Counted from the first letter of the whole stretch, positions 44,575 through 56,102 are shown. The stretch is 63,781 nucleotides of DNA, filler included, from Trichomonas gallinae (GCA_008369845.1; 6 parts of 6 records of this genome joined end to end with filler, not necessarily neighbours in it), one strand, 5' to 3'. Numbers and translations are program-made. The notes: a model not told the origin generated them from the sequence alone.

Positions 44575-47500
44575 TTATAAAAGGTTGTCAATAACTTTGT
44601 CTATTTCATTAAATTCAAACATGGAGCCTCTAACTCCAGGAATTAACTCTATATCTTTTCCTTCATCTTCATTATGAAGTTTGCTGCAGTCGTTGATGAA
44701 GAAAATTGCATTTTGCGGAACAGCAAAAGCAGCTTTAACATGTGTATCAGATCCTTCATAGATTTCAGACACATAAGGCTCATCACCTAGATTGAGTTTG
44801 GCGGAGAATTTTGATCTTTTGACACAAATAGAAAACAAAGAGCTTGGCAAATCTTTGTTCAATCCTCTACTCGAAGGTTTCGAATGAGTAATTAAATCTC
44901 TAATAAATAGAACAGGAACATTTCTGTCAGTACAGCTACCAATGAAGTGCATGCATGAGCCTTCACATCTCAGCAAATGAACAGTTGTGTAGCATTGAAG
45001 CAAATTATGTGTTGAAACAAAAATGTTGTCAACTGACGTCGAAAACTCACTCGAATCGAATCTAGCGATGATAATGAAACCTCTTGGAAGCTGGAATGGG
45101 AACAGTCTCTCTTCGCATAGTTTCCTGGCAATCTGAGATGGAATGAATTTCGAGAGATTGTTGACAATTGTTGTTTTTGAAGAATTGTCAGAAGTTGTAT
45201 CATAAAGCGCAACTCTTATGACTCTGCCAGTCTGGAAACTTGATTCAATGAACTTCTTCATTTTACGAGGGTTTAGTGGAAATTGTCTCTCTCTTAATGA
45301 GCCAGGAGTTAATGGAAATATTTCATCATATTTGCGTCCGATCATATCTATAGCTTGCATTCCTAATATTTCTTCGCAGTTTGGAGAAATCGAGAAAATA
45401 GTTCTACTGTCTGATGTAATGATTATTTCCAGGAAATTGCTTGGCATTTTTCCTTCCGGAGGTTCATCCTTTGGTTTCTCTAGATTATCTAAATAACCAA
45501 TTGGGAAATGGAATAATGAATCAAATCCTTCTGAAATAGTCATCTCGAAGAAGTAAACACCAATAGATCCGATTATCCAGAATGCAAAAGCGAAAATAAT
45601 CCAAGCAGTTAAAGCAGTCAAAGAATAAGAATTCATTACGTCAGCAGTTTCTAAAACTGGAATTAGTTTCCTTGAATATTCAGATATATTTTGGATCAAA
45701 TGTTCTGGCGCGAATTTCGATTTATATGATGTCACTGTGTAATTATTATACATCTCTGCTGGAAGACCATGTAAATTTTCTATTCTTTGAACAATATTGT
45801 CTAAAATTGCAAAAGAGTTTTCCTGCTTATATCTAACTGCAATGTTGGAATAACAAACGACTAATATTAGAGTAAACCACGGCATCGCATAAATTGCTAT
45901 CATGACGTTGTAGAAATTCTTGTATTCTTTCTTTGTGCTGTCAATTGTTGTTGACACTAAATCAACATTTTCTAGTTTCTCGGGTGTAACATATTCTTCC
46001 TCTTGTGTTTCAGAGACAAAAGACTCAGTGAAATCCTCATTCTCTTCTGTGGAATCCGATGTTTGGTTCGAAGCGAGATGACTGTTAACGAATGGACTCA
46101 TTAAAGCAAACTGAGAAGGCCTTAAAAGTTGATCAGCGCCGATGAATGAAATTGTCAATTTTGCATCTTTGCTTAGATTAACGTGATGACTCTTCTTTCC
46201 ATCACCAATAGAAGTTTCTGAGGCATATTTTGTGACTCTTATTCTTTTGTCTGCTATTGCTGTAACAGAAATTGGTTTCGATGGATTTTTTCTTGTCGAT
46301 TCGATGACTATTTTGAACAAATCACACATTTCCAATGATTTCTTTAGTAACATCAAGCTCAATCTTTCTTTTGATGCCAAGAAATTGATGATATGTTCAG
46401 GAATGTTACTCAATGAATTGGTCGCTAAAACGAAATTCAAAATTACAATTCCAAAGGCTCCGAAAAATGAAATAATCAAGAGATAAACTAAATATCTCTG
46501 ATAAGCACCAATGAAATTAATATTATACAAAATGAAAGAAACATTTGTCTTGAAGTCATCATAATTACTTCTCATGCTGCGGACACTCTCTATCATGAGT
46601 TTTGTTGAATTTTGCAGGTCATCACAACTCGCTTTTGAAATAAAATCAGAAACGAAGGCAAATGCTTTTGCATAGAAATAATAATCATCTCTGAAAGAAA
46701 ATGTGTAATGTATTGCAAAATCATGAATCTCTTTGTGAATTTTTGTGCAATTTTCTTGTAATTTTGTTTGATATTTTTGCAAAATTGGCTGAATCAAAAT
46801 TCCTGCTGTTATCTGTGTAGTCAAGTTCATTGTACTTCTTATTCTGCTCTTTATGTTGTCAACTTTGTGCATCATCATGAATTGGTTTCTTTTGGCCTCT
46901 TGAGTAAACGAAAAAACCCACATAAAGCCAATAATAAATCCAATTATAGTTCCGTAGGGTCTGAATCTTTTCGATTTCTGCACAAACATGGCAAGCATTG
47001 AGTTATCAGTATCATCATCTCTGTAGATTGTGTTTTGGTCGACGTGGAATCTGACACTGGAATTCGTGCTGTTGTCGTTTTTAGAGTTTGAGTCACTTCC
47101 TGTTTTTATGAATTCGTCTGCATATTTTTCGAGAGATATCGGATAGAATCTCGCAGTATTTCTGTAAATAGGGTCAACAACACTGCGAGAGTTTTCTCTG
47201 AGAGCAGTTGCATATCTTCTGTATAACATTGCTTTGATTGGTTCGCCCATTGCAACTAAAGCGATCTCAGAATAAGCGTGGTGAACATAAGGATCGTATT
47301 GATAAATAAAACATAGATATTTGATGAAAGAAACTATTTCACTGTGTGGAACTGATGCTTTTGCTGCATATAAGAATGATAATAAATACTGTTTGTTTTG
47401 ACGAGCTTGCCAGAATAGTGTCAGATTCACTAGATAGTTTCTGTGCAAATGGTCCAGCGAGTTTATGTAATATTGTGGTGCGTTTTCTTCATATGATCTA

Positions 47501-48684
47501 AAGATTCTCGCGAAAACATAGAACTGGTAGTCATAGTAAGCACTGTTGCCTTTCCACATGGACATCATCTCTGCAAGTCTGTTTCTTTGTGAGCGAAATA
47601 TCCCGAGAAACCTTATTGCTTCGATCATTTCTTCAGGATCTTGCTTCATTCTCAGCATCATGTAGTTCTCGAATTGCTCAATATCAGCTTCTGTTTCTGC
47701 GGCATATCTCAATACAAGAGAGTTTGTGATTGGCAGCCACCATGGTGGATCATATTTTTCATTCAATATCATGTATGAATATTTTTTGAGGAAAATCTTG
47801 TAAAGTAAGAAAATTACTGCATAAATTACTATGCAAATAAACAAGATTATCGATGGATGAGATATCATATGTGGGTGCACAGTTGATATAAGAACAAATG
47901 GAAAAGCAAACAAAGGTGAATCTGCTAAAACTGCTCCAAAAATACTCAGGTGGATTCCTTTCGAAATTCTTCTTTCGAGAGTAATGAAAATTATTATAGG
48001 AAGTATCGAGAACACGATAATTTCAAGTAGAACATGATAGTTGTGTGCCAGAGCAAATTGACATGTAACAACCACGAATTTTAGCCAAAAAATATATTGA
48101 TCTGTGCAGCCACTGTAAGTGTCAATAATTGAGCGTGTTACAAATATTTTTGGTCGAAAAAATATTGCTACGATGTAATCGGTAGATGCAAACGCCAATA
48201 AATTTAGAATATTGAGTAGAAATGTGAAGATATTTTTCAAAGTAAACACATTGCAAAGCATCATGATATGCTGGTTAAATCTAAAGTACACTTGGATGTG
48301 AATTAATGGTGCAAAAAAATCATATATTATTGAAAAGACGACTAAAATTGATTTTGGAACAAACATTCCTTTACGTATGTGTCTAGCTGTCTTAGAGAAG
48401 AACCAAAATACCATTAAATGTATTATTAGACAAATAAGCGAAACATTCAATGATATTCTCGATAAATACATCCATGGATTCAATAGAAACGTGTTATTCA
48501 GTATTCTCAAGAAAGTGGGAGGTCTGGAAGCGACTTGGCTGATTGTACAAAAATCAACAATAAAAAATGAAAATTGGAAGAAGCGAATTATCTCACGTAT
48601 CCACTTACACCAGTACGGCAGAATAGCCCTGTACCTCATCTCAAAGCCAATACCGTAGTAGTTCTTGAGAAAACTTCGCATCAT
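44575..48684 (-). CDS. Large multipass membrane protein with PAS-like and degenerate class III cyclase-like C-terminus (paralogue B)
   Basis: Collinear paralogue of 40164-44288 (e.g. KYSYMILNEKY.PPWWLPI.NSLV.RYAAET, PSQFALMSP shared); convergent orientation. Confidence 0.65.
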   Translation of the reverse strand: MMRSFLKNYYGIGFEMRYRAILPYWCKWIREIIRFFQFSFFIVDFCTISQVASRPPTFLRILNNTFLLNPWMYLSRISLNVSLICLIIHLMVFWFFSKTARHIRKGMFVPKSILVVFSIIYDFFAPLIHIQVYFRFNQHIMMLCNVFTLKNIFTFLLNILNLLAFASTDYIVAIFFRPKIFVTRSIIDTYSGCTDQYIFWLKFVVVTCQFALAHNYHVLLEIIVFSILPIIIFITLERRISKGIHLSIFGAVLADSPLFAFPFVLISTVHPHMISHPSIILFICIVIYAVIFLLYKIFLKKYSYMILNEKYDPPWWLPITNSLVLRYAAETEADIEQFENYMMLRMKQDPEEMIEAIRFLGIFRSQRNRLAEMMSMWKGNSAYYDYQFYVFARIFRSYEENAPQYYINSLDHLHRNYLVNLTLFWQARQNKQYLLSFLYAAKASVPHSEIVSFIKYLCFIYQYDPYVHHAYSEIALVAMGEPIKAMLYRRYATALRENSRSVVDPIYRNTARFYPISLEKYADEFIKTGSDSNSKNDNSTNSSVRFHVDQNTIYRDDDTDNSMLAMFVQKSKRFRPYGTIIGFIIGFMWVFSFTQEAKRNQFMMMHKVDNIKSRIRSTMNLTTQITAGILIQPILQKYQTKLQENCTKIHKEIHDFAIHYTFSFRDDYYFYAKAFAFVSDFISKASCDDLQNSTKLMIESVRSMRSNYDDFKTNVSFILYNINFIGAYQRYLVYLLIISFFGAFGIVILNFVLATNSLSNIPEHIINFLASKERLSLMLLKKSLEMCDLFKIVIESTRKNPSKPISVTAIADKRIRVTKYASETSIGDGKKSHHVNLSKDAKLTISFIGADQLLRPSQFALMSPFVNSHLASNQTSDSTEENEDFTESFVSETQEEEYVTPEKLENVDLVSTTIDSTKKEYKNFYNVMIAIYAMPWFTLILVVCYSNIAVRYKQENSFAILDNIVQRIENLHGLPAEMYNNYTVTSYKSKFAPEHLIQNISEYSRKLIPVLETADVMNSYSLTALTAWIIFAFAFWIIGSIGVYFFEMTISEGFDSLFHFPIGYLDNLEKPKDEPPEGKMPSNFLEIIITSDSRTIFSISPNCEEILGMQAIDMIGRKYDEIFPLTPGSLRERQFPLNPRKMKKFIESSFQTGRVIRVALYDTTSDNSSKTTIVNNLSKFIPSQIARKLCEERLFPFQLPRGFIIIARFDSSEFSTSVDNIFVSTHNLLQCYTTVHLLRCEGSCMHFIGSCTDRNVPVLFIRDLITHSKPSSRGLNKDLPSSLFSICVKRSKFSAKLNLGDEPYVSEIYEGSDTHVKAAFAVPQNAIFFINDCSKLHNEDEGKDIELIPGVRGSMFEFNEIDKVIDNLL

Positions 48685-50014
48685 TTTTTAAAAATTCACC
48701 GTATTCAATTTTAATTTTCAAAATATTATAGGAAATACAATGGCTATGCTAGTTGTTTAATAAAAAAATTTGAGAAGGGTTTGTCTCAATTTGATTATCT
48801 TGTAAAATCATTCGTATATATCATATGTTTATTTTAAACAAACATATTTTATCAAAAATTTCAATACTTTATTCATTTTAATTTTATGATAAAATCGATC
48901 AACAAAACATATGTAATTACATGTGTAACGATAAAATTTTTACATTTTGTCACTTTTCGTAAATAAAATAAGGAATATATTGTAATAGTAATTACAATTT
49001 GTTTTATAAAAATATTGCAAAATGTAAAATTGTCAAGTTTTAGCCAATAACTTTTTTTTCTATTGTTATTATGATTTATTCATCATGTTACTGCATATAC
49101 ACTACCACACATTATGTCGTAATCTTTAAACGAGAAGTCTTAAATCCATAAAAATAGCTTGCAACGTATTTCACAGTTTGAAAAATGAGCATTAACCAGC
49201 AAAAGGATAATTTAAATTCACAGCCTAACCTAATCGAAATCGATGCAAATATAGCTCCATTCAATAATCAAAATTTAAATATTTTTATCTTTAATTTTCT
49301 TGCTCAATGCTGACTTATATTATAAATCCATAGGAGTGTTTTTATGATAAATATGAAAACACCAATGAAATTTGCATTACTGGTATTTTATTCTGAGATT
49401 AGGTGTTTTGAACTTAATTATATATATTATTCATTCTGTTTCATTTCTACACAAGTGTGTAATATATAATCTCATTTTACAAATAAAATAATGCTTATTG
49501 TTCCTAAATTCTTAATTTTTTATCTATTAATCAAATTCCATAGATTATTCCAGAAACAAATCAAAATAATATTGTTTGCATTTACCATGGTATTTTAGCT
49601 GAATTAAGAAAGCATAAGACACGAATCTAAAATATTTCGTATTGAAATACTGTGAACAAAAGTCAGTAAGTTTAGAGTCTGAACATTTAAATAAAACATG
49701 AAGATGTGGTTCTGTTGAACATGTTCAAAGTGGTTGGGACGTGTCAGATCTCATAAGACAGAATTTTCTTTTAAAATAAGTTAAAAAAAAGAAAATTATT
49801 GACCATATACATGATTGTTTTGGAATATTTTTAGAATTGAGAGCTTTTTCTTGACACTTTTCATTAAAAGTTGACAATATTTTTAAGTGAATCGAATTGG
49901 CTTTTCATCATCATTTTCGGCATTTCTATGTGATAAAGGTGGAGAAAACTTCAGTTTCGAAAGAATTTTTTCCAAAATTTTAATGTAAACATCACAAAAT
50001 AAAATAAACATTTC

Positions 50015-50092
50015 AAAAATATTCGTAAAGTGTCAGTTTTATTTGTAAACTTATGAAAAATATTTGTAAAGTGACAATTTTATTTGTAAACT
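50015..50092. repeat. 41-bp tandem duplication in promoter region
   Basis: AAAAATATT(C/T)GTAAAGTG(T/A)CA(G/A)TTTTATTTGTAAACT at 50015 and 50056. Confidence 0.8.
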
Positions 50093-50131
50093 ATTCAATT
50101 TTAGCTCAGCCAATTTTTTATTCTGTATTTG

Positions 50132-50806
50132 ATGCCTGAGATTCCTGCCTATTGGGAATTATTGAACACAATCGACCAGGATACATACTCCGACCTACAG
50201 AAGAGGCTGAGCTCTTCAGATTGCAGAAATTGCAGAAATAAAAGGCTCGATAACTTTAATGAGATGCTAGATGAAATTAAGAGCTATACAAACAAAGAGG
50301 ACGGTGAAGACTGGAAGCGCTGCCTTGTTTGTGGCGTCTGCTTCCTCTCAGATGGTATAGCCATAAACACACATCAACTTAGTATTTTAATCGGGAAATG
50401 CAAGAGCTCTATCAACGGTTCTCTCCATAGACTGAAATACATACCATTTCCATGCAGTAACGCAGCGAGTCAAGAGTTGGTCTCGCTTATTCCAAAATTA
50501 AAAGTTAATTACAGTGAGCTTAGACAGTGGACCCTGAGGAAGAAGGGAGTTATGACACCACAACCAATTGTACGCGAAAATAAACCGCTGCCAACACCTA
50601 TTTTGTTTACACCACAACCAGAACCTAAGACTAGCAGTTCTACACAAATTAAAGATGAGCCAAAGAATGATAACTTCTTCTTCGACGATCCTATTATGCT
50701 ACCTATATCAGGATGGAGTCCTGCCGCTTGGAATGATGACACTCTCGATCTCAAGGATCCGCATGATACATACGATCATTCGCTATTCATAAATGACTTC
50801 CTATAA
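50132..50806 (+). CDS. Initiator-binding domain (IBD, IBP39-like) transcription factor
   Basis: DWKRCLVCGVCF...IAINTHQLSILIGKCKSSINGSL...ELRQWTLR, the signature of the trichomonad IBD family. Confidence 0.85.
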   Translation: MPEIPAYWELLNTIDQDTYSDLQKRLSSSDCRNCRNKRLDNFNEMLDEIKSYTNKEDGEDWKRCLVCGVCFLSDGIAINTHQLSILIGKCKSSINGSLHRLKYIPFPCSNAASQELVSLIPKLKVNYSELRQWTLRKKGVMTPQPIVRENKPLPTPILFTPQPEPKTSSSTQIKDEPKNDNFFFDDPIMLPISGWSPAAWNDDTLDLKDPHDTYDHSLFINDFL

Positions 50807-51419
50807 ATCATTTCTGTTAGCTATAGTACTTAATTGTCATTATTTCATCGATGGCCCGTTTTCATTACTGTTTTTGAACACTTTAATCACTGTAGATTTA
50901 TTGAATACATTATATACGTTCTATGAATTACTTGCCTTGAACAATTTACTGAATTATTTAATTCATTATTTATTGTTAATCTGGCTATATGTCATTTAAA
51001 TAAAAATCTGAGCTAGAATGGCCTAATGAAATACAATGCACCAGATAGATTTTAAAATAATTTTTTTGAAATTATTTTTTAAATTTGATAATTTTGGACT
51101 AAATTCTATGCAATTCTGATCCTGAACAATGATAATATGATAGAGAAAATGAAAAATCATTGATGACAATTTATTTGACACGTAAAATTTGTAAAATGAT
51201 AATACATGACATATTAGAATTTACATGGCAAGTTTAACTTTTTTTTGGTAAATTGTCATAATTTGGTAATTTTGGATTAAATGTCAATCAATAGTAGTCT
51301 TAAGGAAGATAGATATAATATAAAATATGAAAAATAATGAGTTTTGAATTTTTTGTCATGTAAGCAATTTCGTATCATTTTACATGACATATTATATATT
51401 TACACGACAAAATTTTCAG

Positions 51420-53237
51420 ATGTTTTCGCTTTTCGTTTCTCTTTGTTTTTCAACTTCTCCATTTGAATACAAGTTGCATAACAATGAGATAGAGCTGATT
51501 AAATACAATGATACTAGTTCGCAGACATCAATTAAAATTCCACAAACAATCAAACTTCAAAATAAAGATTATCCAGTGACAATACTTGGTGAAAAGCTGT
51601 TTATTGACTCATCTATTGAAAATATCGAGCTTCACAGCAAAATTACGCAAATAAAATCGGAAGTTTTCAAGAATTGTAAAAATTTAAGGACAATCAATAT
51701 GAAATCACTCAAATTGCAAGTTATTGAAGATTCTACATTCGAATCCTGCACAAATTTAGTTGCTGTTATACTTCCAACGACATTGATTACAATAGGAAAT
51801 CGAGCTTTTTACAATTGCGTGAATTTGGAGGCCATTGACATGGAGAATGTTCCAATTGTAAAAATATGCAACGACTCGTTTACAAATTGCCGCAAAATCA
51901 CTTCTATTAAATTACCAATGAAATCATTACAAGAAATAGGTGAATACAGTTTCGCTAACACATCTATTTCGTCATTATTGCTACCAGAAAAAGTCAGATG
52001 TCTCGGAAATGGCGCATTTTCTCGCACAAATATCATTGAATTAGATATTTCAGATTCATTATTAACAGTTATTCCAGATCATGCATTTGAATATTGCAAG
52101 ATATCAACACTACTTCTCCCACCAAGTACAGTTTCCCTTGGTGCTTCATCTTTTGAAGGAAATGAAAATTTAATCAAAGTTGATCTTTCGTATACATCAG
52201 TTGTATCCATAAATAACTCAGCATTTAAGCGTTGCAAGAATCTTTGTGCCATTGTTTTCTCAATAACTACAGATATTCTTGGTGATTCAGTTTTTGAAGA
52301 AACTGGATTTACAAACTTCACAATATCAGAGTCAATCCATCAGATTGGAGAAGGATTGTTTAAGAATTGTCCTAAATTAACAGTTGTTGGCTTCTATGAA
52401 TTACAATATGATAAAATTCCTCATTATACATTTTACAACTGCACAGAGCTTTCAGAGATTCATTATCCAAGACGCTCATTCTATATTCAGACTCATGCAT
52501 TCGAGTATACAGGATTTAAACATATCAGATTTGCAAATTCTGCAATTGGAATCGATGACTGGGCATTCGCTCACTGCCATAAAGTTCTCACGATTGATAT
52601 CAGCAATATAGAGTATTCTATAAATGGTTCGCATTTATTCGAAGATTGTCCATTAGTTGAGACTATTATGTTCGCAGAAGATGACATTGTTCTTCCTCCT
52701 TATCTTATCGCAGGATGCGCAATCGAAAAACTCGAACTTCCGCCAAATATTTTAGGAATCGGCGAAGGTTGCTTTATGAACTGCAAGAAACTGAAAATAG
52801 TTGACCTACTCAGGACATCTATAAAGGAAATAAGTGATTACACGTTTTATGGTTGCAATATTCAAAAGATATTATTACCACCAAGCGTATCAGTCATTGG
52901 CTACATGTCTTTAGGCAACAATTCGATTGATAACATCGTTTACTACGGAGAAACTTTGCCATTCTTCGGATACACGACAACTTTCAAATCTGTTGTTGTT
53001 AATTTCATGTATCCGTCAGATATATTCTGCGGACAAAAGGTTGAGCGCATAAAGCTGAGAATGGTCGGACAGAATGGTGAAGAACTCCCAGAAGAAGGTT
53101 CTTCATTATCATTATTATTAAACTTCATTTCAATGATCAGCCTCATAGCTGTAGGATTCTATGTATTCAGGAAGTATTCCATTGACAGGTTCTTTGGCAT
53201 AGATAACAGAGAGAACAACAGACTCGTGATCGGATAA
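51420..53237 (+). CDS. BspA-like (TpLRR) surface protein with signal peptide and C-terminal TM
   Basis: Repeated IxxxAFxxCxxL LRR units; N-terminal MFSLFVSLCFS; TM LLLNFISMISLIAVGFYVF with a short tail. An upstream in-frame ATG at 51384 lies inside a promoter-like motif. Confidence 0.9.
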   Translation: MFSLFVSLCFSTSPFEYKLHNNEIELIKYNDTSSQTSIKIPQTIKLQNKDYPVTILGEKLFIDSSIENIELHSKITQIKSEVFKNCKNLRTINMKSLKLQVIEDSTFESCTNLVAVILPTTLITIGNRAFYNCVNLEAIDMENVPIVKICNDSFTNCRKITSIKLPMKSLQEIGEYSFANTSISSLLLPEKVRCLGNGAFSRTNIIELDISDSLLTVIPDHAFEYCKISTLLLPPSTVSLGASSFEGNENLIKVDLSYTSVVSINNSAFKRCKNLCAIVFSITTDILGDSVFEETGFTNFTISESIHQIGEGLFKNCPKLTVVGFYELQYDKIPHYTFYNCTELSEIHYPRRSFYIQTHAFEYTGFKHIRFANSAIGIDDWAFAHCHKVLTIDISNIEYSINGSHLFEDCPLVETIMFAEDDIVLPPYLIAGCAIEKLELPPNILGIGEGCFMNCKKLKIVDLLRTSIKEISDYTFYGCNIQKILLPPSVSVIGYMSLGNNSIDNIVYYGETLPFFGYTTTFKSVVVNFMYPSDIFCGQKVERIKLRMVGQNGEELPEEGSSLSLLLNFISMISLIAVGFYVFRKYSIDRFFGIDNRENNRLVIG

Positions 53238-53758
53238 GTCTTATTTTGTAATATTATTATAAAAAAACCATTTAATACGAATTGTTTTAAGGAACATTGC
53301 ATATAATGCATTTAATTTAAATATTTGGATATGAAAACACTAAAAATAAAAGTAATGCAACTTCAATGCTGCTGATTTATGCTTTTGTATCATGTATGGA
53401 GTATAACTTTTGAGCCTTAAACGATAAATGGATTATGCTTAATTGCAAGACCATTCTTGATCCTGAGTATTCTTTTTATTGTCTACTCTCACTTTTATTA
53501 TGGCCTCCTTTACCAAAGTTGCTTATTGATATATGAATCTATTTTCTACTCCATTCTAAATCAAACGGAGTTAAATATGACAACGTTGTCAATTTTAAAC
53601 ATTACATGTCAGACATTTGATTTTTAATTTCCGTCAGAAATCCATTGATTAAAATGAGAACTGAGCCAGGTCTCCAATCATGCATTTATTAGAGTAATTG
53701 GCATGTAGTATATTCTTATGATAAGAAACGCAAGCATGATATAATTTTTGGAGATTTC

Positions 53759-53840
53759 AATGGGGTTTATAGTCATCACCGTTTTTATTGGAATCACCAT
53801 GACTTTATTCGAATAAAGTGAATTTGGAATAATGCTATAA
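53759..53840. repeat. Palindromic dispersed repeat (MITE-like), copy 2, truncated by gap
   Basis: Inverted near-identical copy of 25526-25607. Confidence 0.85.
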
Positions 53841-54956
53841 NNNNNNNNNNNNNNNNNNNNNNNNNNNNNNNNNNNNNNNNNNNNTTAATTAATTAANNNN
53901 NNNNNNNNNNNNNNNNNNNNNNNNNNNNNNNNNNNNNNNNTGAACCAAAATAGGTTAAAATCATGAAAAATAAAAACACGACGATAGACCGCTATTTGGC
54001 CGGAGCGGACCCTTAATTTTATAAAATTTTGTTAAATTTGATGGAATTGAAAAAAGGTATCTACTATAAAACAAACTTTATTAACTATTTGGAAGTAAAA
54101 TCATTTTGAACGTTGAAGGATTTTTGTGAAGATTCAAAAGCGAATTTTAAAACAGGAATGCTTATATATCACAATGTTTAAGAGCGTAAAAGATCATTTT
54201 AAACGTTGAAATTTAGAATCAAGTTTATATTATTGGAATTAGATAGTTGGTTATGATTGGCCAGGCAAACACTGTCTAGCGTTTTTATTCACTATCAAAT
54301 CCTAAAAGAAACATGGAGCTCGAATTTGATTTAAAGGTTTTTAGGATCAGTTTGCTTAGATTTTAATTCTTACTAAGGTTACTTTTGATGGAAACGATAT
54401 TATTTTTTCAATGTATTGAAAAAATAATCAAAGAATAATGGACATGCATTAGCATTGTATTAGTTGTAATATAAACATCAAATCTATATTGATAAGATGT
54501 CAAAACAAATTGGCGAATCAGCATCTGATAGTGTCTAGACCATTTTGCAATAAGTATTTGAATTTTTTTCTTTTCTAAAGGTTATTTTGACATTTTTCAC
54601 TTCAATTTTTCAATGCAAGGAAAATAGAAATTTTCCTTCTGTATTTTAGCTTATTTTATGTCAATAAATAGCATTAGAACCAAATGTAAATCTTAGAATT
54701 TACTCTCTTCTGAAAAATCAATCCCAACCGAATGCTATAAATCATATATATAATAAAATTATGCAACTTTGCTTACTATCGAACGTCTCAATTTTTGAAA
54801 TTAAAAATTATTCCTAAATTTTCCAAACTACTATCATATTTCTATTCATTTTATTTCTAATAAACTAAACAAATTATTTTTGAGAGCTGTTTGGCGGTTA
54901 ATTTGAGAAGATCCTTCAATAATTGAAACGAAGAAATTCACTAAAAAATCAAATAA

Positions 54957-55484
54957 ATGAATTCAGCCCTAAGCAAGCGTAGCCTCGGTTCTATTGGCAA
55001 GCCACATCCCAAGGCACAGTTTTCTTCCAAAGAAGACACTCAGCTTATCGCTCTCGTCAAATACTACGGAGAAAACAATTGGGAACTTGTGTCTCAGCTC
55101 ATGGAAAATCGTAATGTCAGGCAATGCCGTGAAAGATATACCAAGTACCTCTCACCTGACATCAACAGAGACCCTTGGACGAGGGAAGAAGATAACTTAT
55201 TGATTGAAAAACACCGCCAGTTTGGGCCAAAGTGGGTGAAGATCTCAAAATTCTTTAATAAGAGAACAGATGCTGCCATCAAAAACCGCTGGAACATCCT
55301 CGTCAGGCAACTTCCTCTGCCAGCCCCATCTCCAGTTTCTGAACCAGAAGATGAGCAAGGTACTCCAGTTGAAGCTAACAAGGAGCCTGAAATCACAGAC
55401 GAAAAGGAGAAGTTCTTCCATGTTTTAGAAAAGTTTGCCATGAATTTTTGCCTTGATGAAGAGAATCCATTTGAAACGTGGTAA
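54957..55484 (+). CDS. R2R3 Myb-like DNA-binding protein
   Basis: FSSKED...NW...RNVRQCRERY...WTREED...GPKW...RTDAAIKNRW. Confidence 0.93.
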   Translation: MNSALSKRSLGSIGKPHPKAQFSSKEDTQLIALVKYYGENNWELVSQLMENRNVRQCRERYTKYLSPDINRDPWTREEDNLLIEKHRQFGPKWVKISKFFNKRTDAAIKNRWNILVRQLPLPAPSPVSEPEDEQGTPVEANKEPEITDEKEKFFHVLEKFAMNFCLDEENPFETW

Positions 55485-56102
55485 CACTTACAATTGTTTC
55501 CTTGTATAAAGATATTGTTTGATGTTTAGAATAATGTTCTCTTTATCTTTTTTCAGTAATTCATCGTAAAAGAATCATATTAATGGCTGCATTCCAATTT
55601 GCATACTCATATATTGTGATACTCCGCTTCAATGTATCATTATCGATCATAGTTTGTTTCGATGAAAATAAAATACATGATTTATCAATGATAACCCATG
55701 CTTTTAGCGCAAACAAATAACATCAAAGTAGCAATAATTTATATTTATATGCGAATAAAAGGTAATATCTGATAATAACAAATGTTAAACATATTTCTTG
55801 TATGAAATTTGGAACGAGTATAAAGATATACATTTCAAGTAGAGTCCTATATTGCCTTATTTTGCCTGAAAGTGTCTATTTTTGAGATTGATATAAATAA
55901 AGGTAAGCTTGTCAACACTTTCCTTAGAAAGGAGAGTGCAAAATCTAGGAAAACTCTTTTCGGATGGTTACATGATGCATGTACGCGAAATCAATGAAAA
56001 TTTTGATAATGCACACTATGTATTCATTTCAGGGGTAATATGCAGTGCAATGGTCTGTTGTGAGATAATACCTTGTGTCTACTGTAGTTTGTTCAGCTGA
56101 AA

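Noticed and set aside
539..47001. Many short antisense or alternate-frame ORFs overlapping long genes
   Set aside because: Shadow ORFs of real CDSs; many begin at non-ATG codons and show no motifs.
54255..54350. Weak similarity to the reverse complement of the 4228-4290 repeat
   Set aside because: Only short patches match; could be chance.
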